From NCBI RefSeq assembly GCF_001194135.2, contig NC_068982.1, forward strand, positions 115,571,512-115,635,511: a DNA stretch of 64,000 bases, read 5' to 3'. A model generated the notes under the pieces. That model saw nothing but the letters and a program-made list of their open reading frames with translations, ran no database searches and was not told the origin of the DNA. This stretch comes from Octopus bimaculoides. Lineage: Eukaryota. Positions 1-50,049 of the stretch are shown here, one piece after another. The position numbers were made by a program, and so were the translations under genes. Numbering within the stretch: the stretch's first letter is position 1; each line of letters opens with the position of its first letter.

Positions 1-495
1 AATGAATGAAAGGACATTAATGGAAACTAGGGTTGGTTTATTTGGGTAATAATTCAATTGGTTTCATTTTGATCTTCTAAAATAAGAGATTCTGAATTTT
101 AATAACCATTAGATATTCCCATAACAGTAGAGATACACAGAAACTATGGTCTTTGTATATCACAGAATTTTGAAATCTTTGTACTTTCATGTCATTGAGC
201 AGCTAAGATGATTATAGTACCAAATACTGTACTTTGTTGCTGTATTTTATTGTCCTCATCTAATTTGAGGATAATTACATGTGTTACTTAATGACAGCAA
301 CTGGTATTGCCACCTGCTAAAGAGCACAGAACAACTACCTAGATAATAAAATCACTATAAAACATGTTACTATTTTAATTTTTGTATTTCATTTTTTGCT
401 ATGTCGTTAAGCAATAGCTGATGTTGGTGTAATAATTTACTAGTTTGAGGTTATTGAGTTTTCTATATTTTTACAATGGCATCCTTTCTTTTTAG

Positions 496-38198
<37,703 letters not shown>

Positions 38199-38568
38199 CA
38201 TTTTCTTATTTTTTAATCTCCTTGTAGCTGGCTTTGACAATAATTATTGCCTTTCTTCTCCATTTTCTTCTTTCTTTCCTTAACTCTTCTTCAAAAGCTT
38301 CCAGGCACTTTTGATATGTTGCTTCTTAGTATGGCACCAACCATTTACTTGATGGTTATAATCCTCCGTGGTGCCAGTCTGTGTACTTTCTATCATGTCA
38401 TATTTAATAGACATGTCTTCTAAAAGTCTATTCAGAGCTTGCTCCTTCCTGTTCTTATATGTCTACCTTCTTTCTCAGATGTATTCTTCAGTGGCAATCT
38501 CAGTAACTGTATTGCTAAACTAAATGTAGCAGAAAGCCAAAATTATTTTATTATAAAATATATTTGAA

Positions 38569-38574
38569 AATAAA
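38569..38574 (+). terminator. proximal polyadenylation signal candidate
   Basis: AATAAA about 370 nt after the stop codon. Confidence 0.45.
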
Positions 38575-38957
38575 TTCACTCACCAAATGTCCACCTTATC
38601 TGTCCAGTTGCTGTGAAACCTGTGCAAGTTTTCTTCTTAGCTTCTTCAAGCTTATAAACTTTCAACATTTTCTGTATTCTCTCTGTTGGCACCTCTAACT
38701 GCCTGGTAAAGATATCTGATAGTCATGGAGAAATCTAGGGATAGGCTTGTCTGATTAGGTTGTGAGATGTATAGTGAGATGTAAGACAGATGGGCCATAT
38801 TTTATACCAATTCACTGCTTCTCTTCTTTAACACTTGAGCAAGTTCCTAAGAAAAGTCTAAACTAATTCACTGTATCTACTAGGTTAATATATATATGGA
38901 AGGATTTTGTTATTTGGAAAGAGGTTCTTGGACATGTTGCTAGCTATTTTTATCTAC

Positions 38958-38963
38958 AATAAA
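38958..38963 (+). terminator. distal polyadenylation signal
   Basis: AATAAA followed about 25-45 nt later by a GT/T-rich tract (ttgtgtattttttgtttt). Confidence 0.6.
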
Positions 38964-39564
38964 ATGCCTTCACCTTCTCAAAATGCCTTGTGTATTTTTT
39001 GTTTTACTTAACTACAGGTAATGAATCCGTCTTGTCTATGTAAACTTAGTCTTAATTTGAAGATAATTTTGTTAAAATCTAATTTAACAACAGCACATCA
39101 CCAGCTCATCACCATTTTAGATCTCATTTTTCTCTGTATGTGCTCTCACAATTACTGAATTATTTTCTACAGGTAGCTTAAATTACAGGGAAGAACAACT
39201 AATTTTGTTTTATATTCCGTGGGGTAGAGATGTGTGTATGCGCACACACGCACGCACACACACACACACACACACACATTGTTTTCACATCTACTTTTTC
39301 ATACTTGCATGGGTTAGAACTGTTGGGGTAGGATTTCTATGACCAGATAGTCTTCCTGATGCTAACCATCACCATGCAAGGTAATAATTCCCTTGTCTAT
39401 CAATGAGTTTCTTAGACATGCTCTTGTGAACTGCAAATGAAGGACACTGAACAGGAAAGTTGTTTACAGTCAGTAAACACTTGTGAAGACAAGGGGAAAT
39501 ACTCTCTTTCTCTCTCGCACGCGCGCGCGCACACGCACACACACACACACACACACACATGCAT

Positions 39565-39715
39565 CAGGCTTCAGTTTCCATCTACCAATTTCACTCACAA
39601 GGTATTGGTTAGCCCAGGGCTATAATATGGAACACCATCCAACAGTGTTCATGCAGTGGGATGAAACACATAATCACATGGCTCTGAAGCAAACTTCTTA
39701 ACCTCACAGCTGTAT
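39565..39715 (-). mobile_element. tRNA-derived SINE (family A)
   Basis: cttcagtttccatctaccaatttcactcacaagg...agcaaacttcttaacc. Confidence 0.65.
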
Positions 39716-40499
39716 GAGGGAGATTTGGTTAGTATTTCTTGTAGGTTTAGTGACTAGATGCTCCTTCATTGGCTGTTAAAAATCATTAAAATCATTGGAA
39801 AATGTCCAAAGTGGTGATGGTAAGTATGAATGTCGGCCTAAGGCTACTAATAATTAGATTTTCTTTTCACTGGGCACAGAAATAAAATGATGAGGTGACG
39901 GAGTGAGGAGGAGGGGATATAAATGAACTGACCTCAATGTGTTTTTTTTTGTCAACACTAGATAGGTGAACAATGAAGTTGATTAAACTTAGTACTGTGA
40001 GGTGCCCTACAACTGTTTCTAACGACCAACCATCTTTAAAATATATCTCACAACAATGAAATTTAAGTGGAGTGACTTAACATTTTTTCATGACCCTCAA
40101 ATAAAGCCAGGACTTGTCAGGGTTTGAAGTCAGAACCTACAGCTATGAGACTAAAAATTATTAGGCATTTTTATCATTGTTGCCATAACATTGCCCTTGT
40201 GGAGGCTGCTATTATTCACAGTAGGTAGTAAGAAAATCAGTAGAGGAATGTTTCATTGAAATAATTAGTGATGATGCTAGGTCATTGGAAGATGTAGTAT
40301 TGTCATAGTTTATGTGAGGATGTTATAGTACAGTTGTTAGGGAGCTTATAAATAGGTTTGGTCAGACGGTATAAATATATTTTCATCAAAGACTTAAATA
40401 TACTGAATATGGAAAGCGGACGTTAAACGATGATGATGATGATGATGATGATGATAAAAGACTAGGTTTTCTATGGCTGCTGACCATTGGAGTGTTTTA

Positions 40500-43100
40500 T
40501 GGAAAAAAAAACTAGTGACTAGTGTTTTTCCTTTATGGTTGATGACTGATTGTCTTGTAACTCTAGTCTGATGAATCTGTGGGGTGACTGATGAGGCCTA
40601 TCCAGACTAGAAATTCTCTTTCACATGTAGGACATGTATGCGAAAGTGCAGTGTGTGGGGCACTAAAACTCCTTAGCAAAATGAGTGCTTCTCAGACGCA
40701 TTCTTTTGCTTTTAGAGGTTTAGGTACTGGTGTGAATCAGACTGCACCAGTTGTGTTGGCTTGGGACAAGCAGCTCGCAGCAATCTTTGAGAAATTGTTT
40801 TATCTTTTGCTAACCAACAGTGAGGTTTCCCTGACAGAATTCCTCTTAGAAGAGCTGCTATGGCATACTATTGACAGGCTCAACCCATTTCACCTGAACT
40901 CTCTGCAAAAGAGACTTAAGGCGTTGGCTTACTGTGGTAATCCAGAGTCAAGTATACTGACCTGTTAGTAGATGTGCTGATGTTTCTTATAGACTGTCTA
41001 GGACTCATAGGTATATAAAATGTTGTGAGAACAACTGTACACTAGACTTTTACTTTGTTGGTACCGCTTTTGAGAGAGTGTTGGTGAATCACTTGACTGC
41101 CTGTCGTTTTTGAACATTCACAGTGGCCCTAGTTTCTCGGTACAGATTCCTAGAGGCAGGCTTATATGAGCTCAAAATTGTCACAGATTGTTGTGAACTA
41201 GTTCATTTCTAACTACGTCTCTTGCTCACTAACAATGTTGAGAAGGAATTCATCAAGAACGACCTCTTGGAGACGGCTTAATGACAAGTGTTATACAACT
41301 TATCGTCAGTTCGGCACCGGATGTGGGTGTCAGAAGTGCTACTATCGAAAGCATTGCTTAAATATTACCGAAAACATTATAGTGGAGGGTAGCACGCAGT
41401 CTTGTTTGATGCCATTCGTTACTGGAAAGGTGTCAGATGCCCCTCCACTATTCTCTGCGCAGACCATCATGCTGTCGTAGAACTGTCAAACTATAATAGT
41501 AAATCTGCCAGTGCAAGAAAACTTCTCCGTCGTTCCTGCTGGCCTTATTATCAGGTCGACGATGTTGTAGAGATGTTATTGGCTGCGTAAAACATTCCCT
41601 GATTCACACGGAAAATTCATTAACTTTCTGGGAGTAGGCTTTGTTTTAGGTGACCTGGTAGACAATTGAGCAGCGCACAGGCTAGGATCTTGTCGGCGAT
41701 AGATATGGGGGACATTTCTCTGTGTTGTCCCATGAAAGTGATAAGTCAAATTCCTGGTTCACTTCTATTTGTAGAATGCAGCTAATAAAATTCGCATTGA
41801 CGGAATATGGCCGTTTGAGCACAGTATCAGTGTTCTGCCTATCTCTCTCATATCTCTTGTTTGTCTATGAACGTCTGTGCTGAGGAGTAGAGATGATTCA
41901 GAGGGCCGTATATAGTCTTGTGTAGTAGAATCGTTCAAGTCCCACTTATTTGCATAGCTGTGAATCTTATCTGCCTTTACTTTGAACAAAGAGACTGGAA
42001 TTTTTCAGGCTCTTGAATTGACTGCACGGGGAACTACATAAAGGTTGTTTTTATTACTTACTCAGATCTTTGATGGGATCAGAGAAGCAGATTCTGCTTA
42101 GCAAGAAGAGCTTCGCCCTCCTTGTCATTCCTATCAAACCAGTCTTGGTTGTTGCAACTAGCTGGTCCGACAGACTCCAAAGGGAATGTGATAGTGTCCT
42201 TGAAAGAGGCCCATTATTATTCAGTTCTACCTTATCTCTATGAGAGCTGAAACACTCTACTGCCTGTCTGTGAAGAAGTCCGGTGTATTTATTTGTTTTA
42301 GCTTGGAAGCATCGAATTTCTTGACAGACTTCTAACCCTGAGCTCCGCTGTTGCGCTGGATGTGCAGGTTCGTTTTCAACCTGACAGTAGGTATCATAGA
42401 TGACCATGTCAGACATCCTACTGATCTCTTATCCCGACGATGACGTAGTGGAACAGATGACAATGTTTGGAAAAGCGGTGGATACATGACATCTTGTCGC
42501 TAATGGACAGGTGGGACATTGTATTTGTAGCGGAAGGACCACGAGCAATACGTCCTGAGAAGCAAAAGGTCATTGTTGTAGCTTTCAATGCCATGCTAAC
42601 CTTAACTCTAACCCACTGAGGATTCATAGTCAGCCCCAATCTTTGCACATTGAAGTCACCAAGGAGGATAATTTTCTCCAACTTGTGGACACCAGTCTGG
42701 ACCTTGCCAACTTTGTCCTAAAACTTTCCTTTTGCATCGCTTGGGGTGATCGACGTTGGACACCGATGAAGGCTGCACTATTTTGCATTCCAGTGGGAGC
42801 TTTAGATGCATCAGGCAGTCATCAAGTTCTTGTAGTAAATGTGGTGGCTTTATCAGTAGAAGTAGTACGATAAAAGCCATCTTGGGGTATGTTATGTGAG
42901 GAGGAAGATTAGAAGAGTTCTTGGTAAGTGACCAGAAAACTCCACCACTATGCGACAGGCGATATCGATCTACAAAGGTACCATTAAGGGTCATGAAGGA
43001 ATCGGGTAAGTGCCAGAGGTAACAGGTACACACCATTCTTCATCTCTGCTGGTTAACTATTTCGAGGGAGCTTTTACATTGTCGTACGACCTGCTAGAAA
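40500..43100 (-). mobile_element. BovB-like RTE LINE, near full-length, heavily degraded
   Basis: Minus-strand pieces: endonuclease (KIILLGDFN; HRFSKHCHLFHYVIV), linker (KADKIHSYAN..SSLLLSTD), C-terminal CPTCEREFLVWIGLISH at 40563-40633. Confidence 0.8.
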
Positions 43101-43702
43101 TGACAGTCAAATCGCTCTCAAAACACACCTTATTGTCTTACAAAAGGATATATTGAATAACATGATCCTGAATTATGACCAAGTTATGCTGGAAAAAGAA
43201 GGTATGACAGATGACATGGGGCTATCAATAGCAACAGTAACAATCGCGACGGCCATTTGGAAACTGTGATATTTGGGGATTGTGGGTTTGCGGAAGAACA
43301 TAGTTGTGTAGGATGGGGTGGCAGACATGAAGAGCATGAGAGGACTAGTGGAGTTCCATTCAACATAGTTTAGTTGAAGTTCCAGGGAATAGAAAGGTGT
43401 ATGGAGTAGATTGTCTTGATGAAGCATTGACCAGATGATCTGATGAAGAAGAGTAAAGGACGAAGCTTAAGTCAAGGTCCAGTTCAGAGGTGAGAAAGGA
43501 GTAAAGAGTGTCGGTGTTGAACTGGGCTATGTGTAAGTGAGGACATGAACTGGCTAAGACAATAAATTCCGAGGGGCATTTTGGTTGGAGGTTATAATGA
43601 ATTATTTCGGTTCAAGTACATGACTGCCATTTATTATTGACCCAAGAAACACCGAAGACAAAGTCGAACTTGGAGGGATTGGAACTCATAACGTAAAGAG
43701 AC

Positions 43703-44076
43703 TGTAGTAACGCTGTGCGCATGCGTAGTCTCACGCATGCGTGGAATTCAACAACCAAGCTATCCCGCTTCATTCTAACTCTTTCTTGCTGGCCAGCGAT
43801 TGAGCAAGGACGTGTTTAGCTGTCTCTCTCCATCTTTCGAACTTACGCTAGACAGCTCGCTCACATCTACATACCAACGTCCCAACAACCATATTCACAC
43901 CATGCTCACACACACAGAAGACGTCTCAACAAACAAGAGCTAAAGATGTATATATTAACCACGTTGAATAAATGTTGTTTGTGTTGATAGTCTGGAGTTC
44001 AGCGTTCCGTTATATTCTTAATTTTATATAGGATAGTCAGGTATACATCTAATGATGTATAACCCACTTTCCTATA
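43703..44076 (+). mobile_element. solo LTR (Gypsy-type), copy 1
   Basis: TGTAG...CTATA ends, 4-bp TSD AGAC on both sides, internal tatatattaa and AATAAA. Confidence 0.85.
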
Positions 44077-45271
44077 AGACGTACTAAATAGTACACTGTC
44101 AACATTCTACTGATTCTGGAAACAGTTCAGACTAGAATATTTCAGAATCATTAAACAAATGTACTACAGCATCACCAGCTAAGTATAGACCACATGCAGT
44201 CTTGTTTACAATTTGAAATTGCGCTAAATTTGTGTTGCGATAAAGATTACTGTATTGTGTGTACATATTATATGGAGACTGTATCTTTAAAGCAGGTATT
44301 GCATAGTGCGTGTATGTGTCTGAATTATTTGTTTGTATACATGTGAAGTGTGCATGCATGTGTATATAATATGTATAATGCTAGTGATTCATTGTATGTT
44401 TGTGTGTGTGCAGTGAATATAGTGTGTAAAATACAAAGAAACGATTATCTTATGTGTAAAATGTGTGAGTTGCGCATGATATGTGAATTTTGGCATGTTT
44501 GTAGAGGAATGAATAATACATGTGTAATTGTAAGTAGTAGATATATGTAGTCTATCAAGTGTGTAAACACTTCAGCGTGAGCTAATACACTAGTAAACAG
44601 TAAGTTTTCAAATAAACATCCCCCTTTTCTTTTTTCTCATGTCACATAATTCTCTCTCCGCTCTACCTCTCTCCTTCTCTCCCTCAAATCCCAAACACTC
44701 GTTCCTCTACCTTCCACTTTCTCATGCTCCCGACGTTGTCTCTCACTCTTGCATTCCCTGCTATCTCAAGTACTATCCTCTTAATCACCCTCATAACCCA
44801 CAAACTATTCCCAACCCTCCTCTACTCCATATCCCAGACAGGGTCCTTATCCCTCTCCCAGACAATCGCCCCCTTTTCTATCTCATGTTTAAACACCCGC
44901 CCCTATCACAGAAACCCCAGTTCTGTTGATTGTCGACAGGGACCAGAGTTTAATGACCTAAGCTGTAATTGTATGTATGCATGCATGCATGTATTTATGC
45001 ATGTTTGTATGTATGTTTGTCGTTATGTGTTTAAGTGTTGTCTTTTTTTTATTAATTATGTGAATACTCTTCTGAAAAAAAAAAAAAAAAGAAAGAATGG
45101 GGCTGTTTTTGAATAACAAACAAACCTTCACAAATGGAATGTAAGCAGTAACAGGTCATATTTTCACTTTTCCACTTAAAAATGTAATTTTAGGGTACAT
45201 GTTAGCAAGTCACTTTGTCTACCTAAACCCCACTTAGTAATGCAACCAAGAGAGAAATATGTATGTATGTA

Positions 45272-45420
45272 TGGCTGAATGGTTAAGAAGTTTCTTTTGT
45301 GACCATGATTTCCTAGGTTCAATCCCACTGCGCGACATCTTGACCAAATGCCATATTTCCTTATAGCCTTGGTTGACGCATACATTGTAAGTGAAACTTG
45401 CAAGACAGAAACTGTAGAAA
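45272..45420 (+). mobile_element. tRNA-derived SINE (family A)
   Basis: tggctgaatggttaagaag...ggttcaatcccactgcg...acagaaactgtagaa. Confidence 0.65.
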
Positions 45421-45914
45421 TCAAAGCTTTAGCCTTTTGAATGTTAAAGTCATTTTCTCTGGGACTGCTCAACCGCTTACACGCTAACTCAATGAGCTGG
45501 TAATTCAAATGATCGAACAAATGAGTCTTCATCATTGAAACCGACGGAGAATAATTCATTCATTCATCAATCAATCAATCAATCCATCCATCCATCCATC
45601 CATCACTATAATCAATCAATCAAACTATCTATTTATCTATCTATCTATCTATCTATCTATCGTAAAAATGCATATTTTCATGCATGTATTGAGGCGAGTT
45701 AAATGTTTTGCAACATTTGCATACGTGCTAATTTGTATATCTCGTGACCGAAGCAGTTCGAGCCGTGGAAGGTACCCGCTGAGGCTGGTGGTATCGTGGT
45801 AGTTGATGTGCAGACACATTTGTGCATTACTTCACTTCGTTTGTGATTTGAACGCCGCACGGATGAACGTGCCATGTAGTCTAATTCGTGAACTTATACT
45901 TTACGAGTTCGAAC

Positions 45915-47020
45915 GGGTCATAATTCTACAGAACCTAAGACATTTGTTGTGCGAAAGGTCAAGGGGCAGTTGATCAAAGTACAGTAACCAGATGATTCAG
46001 AAGAATTTCGTTCGGGTTGCAAGAATCTTGACGAGCAAGCAAGGTCAGGCCAATGAACGGCAAAGTAGATCGATGTACGGACGGACCGGTGAAATTGCTC
46101 GGTATCTGGTTGGTCCAGATCTTCAGTAGGCAAGAATTGGGATGAGGTTACAAGTAGGGTGGTCATTATCACTCAAAAATGGGTTTGAGCTGCGGTGGTG
46201 TATGCTCATATTGCTGCCTTAATAACTTACCACCTGACCGTTGTACCTTGCCTCAGACCACGTTTTGTTGAAATGGAACGTTTACTTTTCTACTTCCAGT
46301 AAAAAGGACGTTTCGTTAGTCTGGCGGTCCATTTGTTGCCAGCGCCTTCTAGAACGCGGGCTTGGCATGACATGGCTGCTAATGCGCAAACACGCACTGC
46401 GGATACGCCATTTATAGATCTTCCTCGATGGTGACTTTCCTCAATGGTCTACCGAGTAGCACTGTTAGTTCGAGGTAAACACTACTGGCACGGAAGTGCT
46501 GTGAGGTCAGACTGAGATGCACACAGAGCGATGAAACCATTCTACACACACTTGTGCAGTGTCCGAATATTGGCTGACTTGTGGAGTTATGTCGAATAGT
46601 TTTTATCGCGTGCAGGACGAATCCGACTATTGGCCGAATCCACCGTGAGGATCGTTCCACTTACCGTTAAGAAGGCAGGAGAGGCGGTGTTCCTCTATCT
46701 AGTGGCTAGGGCGAAAGAGGCTGTGTGGTGGAAGAGGCTGAAAGGATTGAGAAAATACCTCTTCGGTCAAGCCCTCATCGACTTTTTAAAGTTCCACTTG
46801 GAAAGGAAAGAGAAGGTGGAAAGCGAAGTGCTACTGCCCTGTGAATTTCCGGAGAAAAATGGCTCGACTGTGGCAAAAAAAGAAGAAAAGGTATACTCTG
46901 TATGCGCCTGTAGATAGGCGAGCATGAGAGAGGGCACTGCCTTAGATGATCAGGGTAATTCTGGCTCTGTGGGGTTACTTGATACCCCCTAGCTGGAGTT
47001 TCTTCTGTATCAAGAGGACT
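45915..47020 (+). mobile_element. Tx1/L1-clade LINE 3' fragment, copy 1
   Basis: zf-RVT-like C..C..DETILHTLVQCP at about 46517-46565, then AVFLYLVARAKEAVWWKRLKG...LIDFLKFHL. Confidence 0.7.
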
Positions 47021-47099
47021 GCATCAATCATGTTATCACATATTTTGTATACTATGTAAACTTATATCACACTTCTCCGTTTTTCCATGCCTTCCTTCA

Positions 47100-48827
47100 C
47101 ATCATTTACGTAAAGCGCCATACAAATTGCTGTCTGTCCTTGTAATGCCCCTTCAGTATGCGCCTGTGGCTAATAAAAGAAATTCTTTGTTTTGTATTGT
47201 TTTGTGTAGTGATAATAATGGAAAGCTCGACCTAATCGTAAATATTGCAATAGATATTCAAAGTCTGGGTTTCCTTGGACTGGCAACGAGGATCAACCTC
47301 TTCCACTGTGTGTTGTTTGTGATGAAAAGATGTCTAACGAAGGCATGTTGCCCAGCAAGTTTAAAAGACAATTTACAACTAATCACTCACAAGACTGCTG
47401 GAACAGCAATCTAAACAAAGAAACTATTTTGAAAAAAAAAGTATGAATGCTTCTGAAAAGGCTCAAGTCGCGTGTATTGAGATAGCCGAAATGATAGCAC
47501 TATAAACGAAAGCGCATACTTTAACCGAGTCGATAATCTTACCCGCTTGTAGAAAGATGGTTAAAGTCGTGATAGGTGATGAAGCCAAGCAAGAAATAAG
47601 CAAGATTCCGCTCTCAAATAATACAATCCATAGGAGAATTATGGATTTATCTGCTGATATAGAGGAAAATGTACAGAACAAACTTCAGAACTCAGAATTT
47701 GCTCTACAGATTGAAGGATCAACTGACATTAACAACAAAGCACAATTACATTTATTCGTTTTATTGACGGTAACCAAATCATAAATCAGTTCTTTTGTTG
47801 CGAAGAAATGCCACTCACTACAAGAGATCAAGATATTTTTGACATTTTATCTGCTTACCTAAAAAAAAAAAAAATGGAATTTATCCTGGAATTCATGTAT
47901 TGGAATATGTACCGATGGGGCACCATCTATGATAGGCTCTATTAAAAGGTTTTGTATCACTCGAACAACAGCAAAATAATCCTAATGTTATATGTACCCA
48001 TTGATTCCTACATAGGGAGGTACTAGTTTCAAAAACAATACCAGTTGACTTAAAGCGAGTATTAAACCAAGTTGTTGAAATGGTTAATTATATTAAAAGT
48101 AGGCAGTTAAGTGTCGCTTATTTGAACAAGTTTGTGTTGATATGGATTCCCAGCACAAGCGCGTACTTTTACATACAAAAGTCAGATGACTCTCAAAAGG
48201 TAAGGTGCTGCATCACATACACGAACTCTAGAAGGAATTGCATGCATTTTTTAAAGAAGAAAAACATGAACGCTCCCTGGAATATCTACAATGTAAATTT
48301 TGGGTTTCCAGGGGACTCATGGCAGGTAATGGGTTAAAATCAAGTATGCTGAGTTACCTATTGATACATTTTGGATTGCTATTATGGGAGAATATTCCCC
48401 CTCCCCAGTAGCAAAGGAAAAAAAAAGCTTTATTCATTTTGATGCAATTTTCCACATCGTGTTTATGTGAATTGGGAATTTTCAACCCTCAATAACATAA
48501 AATCTAAAAAAAGAGAGAGGCTTTGTTGCATCGAAGAAGAAATGAAGATTTGTCTTTCTCAAATACGTTCCAATATTGAAAACGTTTCCAAAAAACATCA
48601 AGTGCATGTTTCTCATTGATAACTTTGCTTCATATATTGAATAAAGAGTAAGTACGCGCAATTTTTCTGTATTTTTAATTATCTATCTACTACTTTATAG
48701 TTTATGCTATGCTAATATGCATAAAACTCCTTTTGAAAAAAAATTAGAATTTATGTACAAAGTGCGCCAAAATATTTTGACTTCTTGTAAGGTGCACCAC
48801 GAGTAAAAAAAAGTTTGGCAACCACTG
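47100..48827 (+). mobile_element. hAT (Buster/Charlie, ZBED5-like) transposase pseudogene with 3' TIR
   Basis: BED finger PLCVVCDEKMSNEGMLPSKFKR; [12 protein letters not shown]; [10 protein letters not shown]; CTDGAPSM; HREVL; hATC end STSCLCELG..HQVHVSH; terminal gtttggcaaccactg followed by tgcTAgcc. Confidence 0.9.
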
Positions 48828-49620
48828 TGCTAGCCTGAGATGCGTGTAGAGAGACGAAATTCTTCTTCACGCACTCGTCCAGTGTCCAAGCATTACTGAC
48901 CTGTGNNNNNNNNNNNNNNNNNNNNNNNNNNNNNNNNNNNNNNNNNNNNNNNNNNNNNNNNNNNNNNNNNNNNNNNNNNNNNNNNNNNNNNNNNNNNNNN
49001 NNNNNNNNNNNNNNNNNNNNNNNNNNNNNNNNNNNNNNNNNNNNNNNNNNNNNNNNNNNNNNNNNNNNNNNNNNNNNNNNNNNNNNNNNNNNNNNNNNNN
49101 NNNNNNNNNNNNNNNNNNNNNNNNNNNNNNNNNNNNNNNNNNNNNNNNNNNNNNNNNNNNNNNNNNNNNNNNNNNNNNNNNNNNNNNNNNNNNNNNNNNN
49201 NNNNNNNNNNNNNNNNNNNNNNNNNNNNNNNNTGTGGTGGACCAGATTGAAAGGCTCAAGTCCTCATCAACTTTTTCAAATTTCACTTGAGAATTGGAAA
49301 GTGAGTGTGGAGAGGGAAATGCTGCCAGTAATTTTGTTGAAGGATGGGTGAATGCTGCAAGAACGGTCCGAGTGAACGGGCCTACAATAGACGATGAGGT
49401 GAGGGCACCTGCCCCAGTGGTTAGGGTTTCCGTGGTTTTGAGGAGTTTCCATGATCATCCCTAGAAAGTCTCCCTCTTTTGGGGAACTTTTCGTTGTTAA
49501 AATATATTTTGTTATTGTTTTCACTGTTTACACACTCATTTTATGTGACCCAACATCGTGTTGTCTTGTACCCTTCCGATGTTTTTTGTGAACCCTTAGT
49601 GGTTAATAAAGAAAATATTC
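48828..49620 (+). mobile_element. Tx1/L1-clade LINE 3' fragment, copy 2 (spans gap)
   Basis: DEILLHALVQCPSITDLW at 48850-48906; after the gap, homologous to 46720-46900; ends aataaagaaaa. Confidence 0.7.
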
Positions 49621-49775
49621 ATCATCATCATTATCATTATTGTCGTCGTCGTCAACTTTGCCTTTCATTCTTACGGGGTCGATAAAATAAGTTTCAGTTG
49701 AGTATTGGGGTCGATGTAATAGACTACCCCCTCCCCTAAAATTTCAGGCCTTCCTTGTGCTTAAAACAGAATGGA

Positions 49776-50040
49776 TTATTATTTATATTATTTACATTAT
49801 TTACAATTGACGCATATTTGTCCTCATCTTGTTTGTTGTTAACACAACATTTCAGCTGAGATAACTTCTAGCCTTCATCAGGTGTCTTGGGGAAATTTTG
49901 AACCTGGGTTCGCATTCCTAAGGTATTTTTCAATGTTGTTGTTGTTGTTGTTGTTATTATTCAGGTCACTGCCTGGAATCGAACTCGGAATTTTGGGGTT
50001 AGTAGCCCGCACTCTTAACCACTACGCCATATGCCCGTGG
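49776..50040 (-). mobile_element. tRNA-headed SINE with Penelope-type hammerhead module
   Basis: Minus strand: ggcgtagtggttaagagtgcgggctactaacc...gagttcgattcc (A/B boxes), (AAC)n linker, CTGATGA...GAAA module, (AATGTAAAT)-like tail. Confidence 0.75.
49841..49886 (-). ncRNA. minimal type I hammerhead ribozyme motif (decayed)
   Basis: GACAC-CUGAUGA-A-GGCU-loop-AGCU-GAAA-UGUU-GUGUU; stem I GACAC/GUGUU, stem II GGCU/AGCU, loop-less stem III. Confidence 0.6.
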
Positions 50041-50049
50041 CCATTATTA

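Noticed and set aside
43100-43700. Possible CR1/L2-like RT remnant on the minus strand (PLLFFI, LNGTPL)
   Set aside because: Key QG and YADD motifs were not recoverable.
44630-44930. Strongly pyrimidine-skewed tract with two overlapping ORFs (similar skew at 15640-16000 and 27600-27990)
   Set aside because: Low-complexity P/L/S-rich translations without motifs; probably decayed repeats, not assignable.
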